Below, piece after piece: positions 58,395 to 64,000 of a stretch of 64,000 nucleotides of DNA (position 1 is its first letter; every line of letters begins with the position of its first letter). The position numbers were made by a program, and so were the translations under genes. The DNA comes from Vulcanimicrobiota bacterium (GTDB taxonomy: Bacteria; Vulcanimicrobiota; Vulcanimicrobiia; Vulcanimicrobiales; Vulcanimicrobiaceae), in contig CAVTWE010000003.1 of NCBI GenBank assembly GCA_963738335.1, positions 5,433 to 69,432 of the forward strand. The letters are read 5' to 3'. The notes under the pieces were generated by a model that worked only from the letters and a program-made list of their open reading frames with translations, had not been told where the DNA came from and did no database searches.

Positions 58395-59174
58395 ATGCAG
58401 GAGGTCGTTCGCCTCGCCGTTTCCAGCGGCGTCGCGCGGGTCACACTTTGCCGGCCGGAGGTGCGTAATGCCTTCAACCCCGACGTCATCGACCAGCTGC
58501 ACGCCGTTTTCACGCGCATCAGGATGGCGGACGACGTGCGCGCGATCGTGCTCGCCGGCGAAGGCAGCGTCTTCTGCGGCGGTGCGGACATCAACTGGAT
58601 GCGCGCTTCGCTCGATCTCACGCTCGACGATAACGTCGCCGACGCGCAACGCATGAGCGATATGTTCCGTGCCATCGACAATTGCCCCAAGCCGGTCGTC
58701 GGACGCATACAGGGGGCGGCACTGGGCGGCGGCGCGGGATTGGCGGCGGTTTGCGATATCGTCATCGGCGCCGACGACGCCGTCTTCGGCTTCACCGAAG
58801 TGAAGCTCGGCATCATTCCCGCGGTCATCTCGCCTTTCGTGCTTCCGAAAATCGGCGCGTCGCACGCGCGTGCGCTCTTTCTCACCGGCGAACGCTTCGG
58901 CGCCGTTCGCGCGCTGCAGATCGGTTTGATTCACGAGGTTGTTGCAGCGAACGCACTGGACGCTGCCGTGGACGCGCGCTTAGCGGAACTGCATAGCGCC
59001 GGACCGCAGGCAGTAGGCGCGGCGAAGTTGCTCGTGCGCCGCGTGCTCGACAACTCGTACGACGATACGCGCGCGATCACGTCGCAGGCGATTGCACGCC
59101 AACGGACGAGTGCCGAAGGGCAAGAAGGTTTGCGCGCCTTTCTCGAACGCCGCCGGGCAAAGTTCGCCGAATGA
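58395..59174 (+). CDS. enoyl-CoA hydratase (methylglutaconyl-CoA hydratase-like)
   Basis: RPEVRNAF...VLAGEGSVFCGGADI...RIQGAALGGGAGLAAVCDI...FTEVKLGIIPAVISPF. Confidence 0.88.
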   Translation: MQEVVRLAVSSGVARVTLCRPEVRNAFNPDVIDQLHAVFTRIRMADDVRAIVLAGEGSVFCGGADINWMRASLDLTLDDNVADAQRMSDMFRAIDNCPKPVVGRIQGAALGGGAGLAAVCDIVIGADDAVFGFTEVKLGIIPAVISPFVLPKIGASHARALFLTGERFGAVRALQIGLIHEVVAANALDAAVDARLAELHSAGPQAVGAAKLLVRRVLDNSYDDTRAITSQAIARQRTSAEGQEGLRAFLERRRAKFAE

Positions 59175-61105
59175 TCGAGCGCTTACTCATCGCCAACCGC
59201 GGAGAGATCGCGGTGCGCGTGGCGCGCGGCGCACGCGAGATGGGGATCGTGCCGCTCGGCATCTACTCCGAAGCCGATGCGAACGCGTACCATCTGCGCT
59301 TCATGGACGATGCGCGGTGCATCGGGCCCGCGGCGGCGGTCGCATCGTATCTCGACCCCGAGGCGATCGTCGCGGCCGCAATCGAGATGCGTGCCGACGC
59401 GGTGCATCCCGGTTACGGTTTTCTTTCGGAACGTCCGTCGTTTGCGCAGTCAGTGCGCGATGCAGGTCTGATTTTCGTTGGGCCTGCGCCCGAAGCCATG
59501 GCGGCGATGGGCAGCAAGATCGAAGCGAGGCATCGCGTCGGTGAAGTCGGCGTTCCGACGGTCCCCGGCTACGACGGCGAAGACCGGTCGCTCAAGCGCT
59601 TGCGCAACGAAGCGGAGCGCATCGGCTTTCCGTTGCTGATCAAAGCGAGCGCGGGCGGCGGCGGGCGCGGCATGCGGGTCGTCGAATCGCTCGACCGTTT
59701 CGACGAATCGCTCGAGAGCGCTCAGCGCGAGGCGCTCGCCGCGTTCGGCGACGATGCGGTCTTGCTCGAACGCTATCTGCGAGATCCGCGTCACATCGAG
59801 TTTCAGATCCTCGCCGACGCGCACGGCACCACGCTGTATCTTGGCGAACGCGAATGCTCGATTCAACGGCGCCATCAGAAGATCGTCGAAGAGGCACCCT
59901 CGGTCGCGCTGACGCCGCAACTGCGCGCGCGCATGGGTGAGGCGGCCGTGCGCGCGGCCAAATCGGTTGGTTACACCAACGCCGGCACCGCGGAGTTCAT
60001 GCTCGACGGCAACGGTGATTTTTACTTCCTGGAGATGAACGCACGGTTGCAGGTCGAGCATCCGGTTACGGAACTCGTGTACGGCCTCGATCTGGTGCAA
60101 TGGCAGTTACGCATTGCAGCGGGCGAAAGGCTCGCGCTGGCGCAAGCCGATTTGCAGCCGCGCGGTTGGGCGATCGAAGCGCGGCTCTACGCGGAGGATC
60201 CCGCCAACGACATGCTGCCCTCGACCGGCACGATCACGACGTGGTCTCCACCGCTGGGTCCCGGTATTCGTCTCGACGCCGGCGTAACGCGCGGCAGCGT
60301 CGTCAGCCACTACTACGATCCAATGCTCGCAAAGCTCATCGTCTTTGGTGCGAATCGGAACGCGGCGGTCTCGCGGCTCGCGCAGGCCCTTGACGAGTTC
60401 GTGGTGGAGGGCGTTGCGACGAATCTGCCCTTGCTGCGGTGGATTGCGTCCGACGAAGCCTTCCGCCGCGGGGAAACGACGACCAGCTTTCTTGCGCAGC
60501 GGCTTGACGAATCGCAGTTCAAGCCAAGCACCGCACCGCGCGAAGCGGCGCTCCTTTGCGCTGCCGCTCTGTTGGCAGAGGGTCGAGGGCCGTGGCGTAT
60601 CGGCGGTGCCGGCATTCCGCTTCGCCTGCAATCCGGCGGCGCGGTCGTGGCACTGACGGCCGATACGATGCGCGAGGGTGTGTGGCGATTGCAGGGCGAG
60701 TACCCCGGCGAGCTGCACGTTCGGCGCAACGGTGAGACGGTTCGCGCGGAGTTTGACGGTAGGCCCATTGCCGGCGCCGTCACGATTGCCGGTGACGCTT
60801 TCACGGTCCATTTCGACGGCCGTTCGTGGAGGTTTGTCTTCGCCGCGCCCCCGTCGCTGAAGAGCAGCGGGCGAGCCGATGCAGCCGCCGCCAGCTCCAG
60901 GGTCAACGCGCCCATGCCGGGCAAGATCGTGAAGATTGCGGTGCAAGAAGGCGATGCCGTTGCAGAACGCGCGCTTCTTTTGGTGTTGGAAGCGATGAAG
61001 ATGGAGCATCGTATCGAAGCGCCGGCCGCGGCGACGGTTCGGCGCCTCAACGTGAAAGAAGGTCAGACGGTGACGGCAGGCACGACGTTGGTTGAGTTCG
61101 CATGA
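59171..61105 (+). CDS. methylcrotonoyl-CoA carboxylase biotin-carboxylase/BCCP (alpha) subunit
   Basis: LLIANRGEIAVRV...HPGYGFLSE...KASAGGGGRGMR...EMNARLQVEHPVTE. The C-terminal biotinyl motif is EAMKMEH. Confidence 0.9.
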   Translation: MIERLLIANRGEIAVRVARGAREMGIVPLGIYSEADANAYHLRFMDDARCIGPAAAVASYLDPEAIVAAAIEMRADAVHPGYGFLSERPSFAQSVRDAGLIFVGPAPEAMAAMGSKIEARHRVGEVGVPTVPGYDGEDRSLKRLRNEAERIGFPLLIKASAGGGGRGMRVVESLDRFDESLESAQREALAAFGDDAVLLERYLRDPRHIEFQILADAHGTTLYLGERECSIQRRHQKIVEEAPSVALTPQLRARMGEAAVRAAKSVGYTNAGTAEFMLDGNGDFYFLEMNARLQVEHPVTELVYGLDLVQWQLRIAAGERLALAQADLQPRGWAIEARLYAEDPANDMLPSTGTITTWSPPLGPGIRLDAGVTRGSVVSHYYDPMLAKLIVFGANRNAAVSRLAQALDEFVVEGVATNLPLLRWIASDEAFRRGETTTSFLAQRLDESQFKPSTAPREAALLCAAALLAEGRGPWRIGGAGIPLRLQSGGAVVALTADTMREGVWRLQGEYPGELHVRRNGETVRAEFDGRPIAGAVTIAGDAFTVHFDGRSWRFVFAAPPSLKSSGRADAAAASSRVNAPMPGKIVKIAVQEGDAVAERALLLVLEAMKMEHRIEAPAAATVRRLNVKEGQTVTAGTTLVEFA

Positions 61106-62022
61106 GCCTGCCGCGCAGCGTGACGCTCTTCGAAATGGGACCGCGCGACGGCCTGCAAAACGAAGGCGCCCGCATTTCCACCGACGATAAGGTGCGCTAT
61201 ATCGATCTACTCTCCGAAAGCGGCCTGCGCTGGATCGAAACGACGTCGTTTGTCAGCCCCAAGGCGATTCCGCAGCTCGCCGACGCATCCGAGGTCTTCA
61301 CGCGTATTCGCAAAGCGCCCGGCGCCCGCTATCCCGTGCTCGTGCCGAACATCAAAGGGTACGAACGCGCGCGCAGCGCCGGCGCCGATGCCATTGCCGT
61401 CTTCACCGCCGCCTCCGAACAATTTACCAAGCGCAACATCAACATGACGATCGACGAGTCGCTGTCGATTTTTCGCGACGTCGTGCGCGCTGCCAAGACC
61501 GACGGCGTCTGTGTGCGCGGCTACGTTTCGACGGCGTTCGGTTCGCCGTTCGGCGATGCCGTGACGCCGGAAATGGTGGTCGACGTCTGCTGCAAGCTCA
61601 TGGCGATCGGCTGCGACGAACTCTCCATCGGTGACACGATCGGCGTCGGCGTGCCGTTGCAAGTTGAGGAGTTGGTCCCGATGCTGGCACGCCGCATACC
61701 GCTCGATTGCATCGCAATGCATTTTCACGACACACGCGGCACGGCGCTGGCCAACGTCTACGCGTCGTTGAATATGGGCATCGCGAAGTTCGACGCGTCG
61801 TCGGGCGGTTTAGGCGGCTGTCCCTACGCGCCCGGCGCGACGGGCAACGTCGGCACCGAAGACGTGCTGTATCTTCTCCACAATATGCGCATTGAGACGG
61901 GGGTCGATATCGACCGCGTACGCGCCGCATCGCGCTTCATTTCCGGCGCCGTGGATCACGCACTCACCAGTAAAGCCTATCAGGCCATGGAGGCTGCATC
62001 GTCTCGCGCGACTAGCGTCTAG
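61102..62022 (+). CDS. hydroxymethylglutaryl-CoA lyase
   Basis: VTLFEMGPRDGLQNE...ETTSFVSPKAIPQ...GDTIGVG...MHFHDTRGTALAN...GGLGGCPYAPGATGNV. Confidence 0.92.
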   Translation: MSLPRSVTLFEMGPRDGLQNEGARISTDDKVRYIDLLSESGLRWIETTSFVSPKAIPQLADASEVFTRIRKAPGARYPVLVPNIKGYERARSAGADAIAVFTAASEQFTKRNINMTIDESLSIFRDVVRAAKTDGVCVRGYVSTAFGSPFGDAVTPEMVVDVCCKLMAIGCDELSIGDTIGVGVPLQVEELVPMLARRIPLDCIAMHFHDTRGTALANVYASLNMGIAKFDASSGGLGGCPYAPGATGNVGTEDVLYLLHNMRIETGVDIDRVRAASRFISGAVDHALTSKAYQAMEAASSRATSV

Positions 62023-62413
62023 CGATCGGAACGACGAAGCGCGTCGCGGTATGCGTATCGCCGTACGCGCTGATTTTATTATCCACTAAGCCGGCAGCGA
62101 TGCCGGCTTCGCGCACGTCGCCATCCTTGGGCGATGCGTTGCAGCCCTTGGGATGAATCACCCACAGTGCGCCGGTCGGCTTGAGATGCGCGACGGCGCG
62201 CGCGATGCGCGACAGATCGCGCGGCGCATCCACCCGCACGAAGATCAGATCGTATTGCGTGCGCAGCGCCTGCGAGGCCGCCTTCGCCAAACCGGCATTG
62301 AGGCCGGTGACGAACTCGGCGTCGTGCGGTCCGACGAGTGCGGCGTGCGCGTCGGGAACGACGCCGAGCTTTTGGAAGAGCGAGCGCCCGGAGTAGTCGC
62401 GTTCGGCCTTCAT
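62012..62413 (-). CDS. DUF3052 domain protein
   Basis: MKAERDYSGRSLFQKLGV...DLIFVRVD...GALWVIHPKG. ATGA overlap with the upstream GT gene. Confidence 0.6.
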   Translation of the reverse strand: MKAERDYSGRSLFQKLGVVPDAHAALVGPHDAEFVTGLNAGLAKAASQALRTQYDLIFVRVDAPRDLSRIARAVAHLKPTGALWVIHPKGCNASPKDGDVREAGIAAGLVDNKISAYGDTHTATRFVVPIARR

Positions 62414-63555
62414 ATCGCGCCGAGGTTCTTGGGTTTCGGCGGAATCTCCGTGTACGCCATCGGGCGATCCCACCAGTCATGCCGCCTCGCCCTGCGTTGG
62501 TCCGGCGTCGGCGGTGGGGGAATGCGCATCTCCAATGCGCGCGCGTACGCCCCGAGATAGCCGTCGATCATCCGATCGACGCTGAACTGGTCCTCAACGT
62601 GGCGCCGGCAGGCGCGGCGATCGAGCTGCGCAAGTTGCGGCACGCGCTCGAGCGCCTCGTCAACACCGTCGCACAGAAAACCGGTAACGCCGTCGACGAC
62701 GATCTCCGGCATCGAACCCATGCGCGCGGCGAGCACCGGCGTCCCGCAGGCCATCGCTTCGATCGTCGTTAAGCCGAAGCGCTCGGGACGCGTCGTCATA
62801 TGCACCAGCGCCAGCGCGTTGCGCAGCAGGTCGTTGCGCGCGTCGCGCTCGACCGCGCCGAGAAACTGCACGCGATCGCCGTCGATATGCGGCTCGACCT
62901 GCTCGCGAAAATACGCTTCATCCTGTGGAATCGCCGCGATCTTTAACCGGACGCCGGCGCGCTCGGCAATCTCAAGCGCGAGATGCGCGCCCTTTTCGGG
63001 ATGAAAGCGACCGAGAAACACGAGATACTCGCCGGGTTTGTCGCGGAACGTGAACTGCGAGACGTCCACGCCGTTGTAGACGGTCGAAAGATACTCCAAA
63101 CCTGGATCGCGGTCCGAATCCGAGATCGAGGTAAAGAAACTGCGCCGCGCACCGGCATAGTACGCCGCGAGAACCTGCGGCGATGAAAAACCGTGCACGG
63201 TCGTGAGTATCGGCGGCGACGCCGTTGCGAGCGCATACGTGAGCGGCTTCCAATCGAGGTGGTTATGGATGAGGTCGAACTCGTGCCGGCGCGCGAACGG
63301 TTGCGCCACGTGCAGTGCGGTCCAAACCTCGTCGTTGAGCGCCGGATCCTCGTTCAGGGAAACCGGCACGACGCCGATCAAACGACCATCAAAATGCGAG
63401 TTGGCCGTCGCAAACAGCGTGACGTCGAGCCCCCGCCGGCGCATGCCGTCGGCAACGTCGAACGCAACTTGTTCCCAGGGTCCGTACCCTGGAGGCGGAC
63501 ACGGCCGGGAGATGGCCGCGAGGACGGCCAGCCGCAGTCCGCGCAGGTCGGTCAA
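62410..63555 (-). CDS. GT4-family glycosyltransferase
   Basis: ...LVFLGRFHPEKG...E.FGLTTIEAMACGTPVLAARMGSMPEIVVDGVTGFL is the GT-B EX7E region. Confidence 0.88.
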   Translation of the reverse strand: MTDLRGLRLAVLAAISRPCPPPGYGPWEQVAFDVADGMRRRGLDVTLFATANSHFDGRLIGVVPVSLNEDPALNDEVWTALHVAQPFARRHEFDLIHNHLDWKPLTYALATASPPILTTVHGFSSPQVLAAYYAGARRSFFTSISDSDRDPGLEYLSTVYNGVDVSQFTFRDKPGEYLVFLGRFHPEKGAHLALEIAERAGVRLKIAAIPQDEAYFREQVEPHIDGDRVQFLGAVERDARNDLLRNALALVHMTTRPERFGLTTIEAMACGTPVLAARMGSMPEIVVDGVTGFLCDGVDEALERVPQLAQLDRRACRRHVEDQFSVDRMIDGYLGAYARALEMRIPPPPTPDQRRARRHDWWDRPMAYTEIPPKPKNLGAI

Positions 63556-63558
63556 GGG

Positions 63559-64000
63559 TTAGCGGTCGTCGTCGACGGGCCGCGTATCGCGATCGGCGAT
63601 GGCCAATGCAAAGTGCGTGCGCCGAATGAGCGGACGCAGCGTCCCATCGGATACCGGCGGCACCGGACGCGCGCGCGTGTAGTCGAACATGTCGCTGAGA
63701 TCGTCGTCGGTCGCATCGCGCTGACCCATGTTCCCGAGATTCCAGTTCGTCTCGATGAACTTCGTGATCGCGGTCGACTCGCGAAGTCGATGTGAAACAA
63801 ACGGCCTGGCCTTTGGATGCGCCGGATCGTACTTCGATCGCGCCCAGGCCGACATCACGACGATGGGAATGCGGAAGCCCCAGGTCGTGCCGTTCGGACC
63901 CGGCGGCGGCGCGACGCGATCGTACCAGCCACCCGAATCGTCCCACGTGAGGATCATCGCGGAATCTTTGTAGTAGTTGCATTGCGGCGACGAGCGCTGC
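63559..64000 (-). CDS. phosphoesterase-family protein (phospholipase C / acid phosphatase type), C-terminal part; N-terminus beyond window
   Basis: ILTWDDSGGWYDRV...GFRIPIVVMSAWA...SHRLRESTAITKFIE.NW is the PF04185-like C-terminal region. Confidence 0.7.
   Translation of the reverse strand, partial: QRSSPQCNYYKDSAMILTWDDSGGWYDRVAPPPGPNGTTWGFRIPIVVMSAWARSKYDPAHPKARPFVSHRLRESTAITKFIETNWNLGNMGQRDATDDDLSDMFDYTRARPVPPVSDGTLRPLIRRTHFALAIADRDTRPVDDDR

Noticed and set aside
58338-58934. Upstream extension of the cytochrome b ORF (track 57546..58934)
   Set aside because: It is antisense to the well-conserved enoyl-CoA hydratase. The cytochrome homology and first TM begin right after ATG 58337.

Overview
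High-GC bacterial chromosomal segment with about 75 genes, dense and mostly operonic. I found no rRNA, tRNA, CRISPR array, transposase or integrase. The backbone is housekeeping: lysA', msrA-msrB-surE, rplU-prp, tatA, trmD-rplS-lepBx3-rbgA-rnhB-yraN, nrdR-dut-panE, dprA-argS, and pyrK-pyrD-pyrF-pyrE. This gene order resembles Firmicutes/Chloroflexi/Actinobacteria-type (Terrabacteria) genomes. I cannot name the taxon from sequence alone. Accessory content: a sugar ABC operon; a GH92 glycosidase fused to YVTN beta-propeller repeats; an NHL-type lipoprotein; an ECF sigma / two-component / DUF4097 module; a DUF1800/DUF1501 pair; a leucine-catabolic (methylcrotonyl-CoA carboxylase / HMG-CoA lyase) cluster; and a GT4 glycosyltransferase. 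Most interesting is a compact cluster at 1.9-11.3 kb. It holds a divergent DAHP synthase, a KAS I/II-type condensing enzyme, a single ORF fusing an EPSP-synthase-like domain to an acyl-CoA ligase, an acyl-CoA dehydrogenase, an SDR and a FadH/OYE-type dienoyl-CoA reductase. That is the enzyme set of the shikimate -> cyclohexanecarbonyl-CoA pathway (ansJKL-chcA-ansM type), here in a new fused architecture and coupled to a ketosynthase. Second, I read at least 15 single-base frame disruptions in otherwise well-conserved genes between 8.5 and 40.2 kb. Six of them fall within 1.3 kb across dprA and argS, and that argS copy also lacks the HIGH motif as read. This is either an assembly-quality problem or real gene decay, and it limits every pseudogene or fusion call here. 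Third, three conserved genes (nrdR, the first lepB, surE) have their homologous N-terminus starting at CTG, with no canonical start available for nrdR and lepB. Other notes: a ~160-nt nested inverted-repeat element between a response regulator and its kinase; a lower-GC islet encoding two small secreted proteins; rplU-prp without the expected rpmA; and several small genes missing from the ORF track. The many long Arg-rich ORFs antisense or out of frame to these genes are high-GC artefacts.
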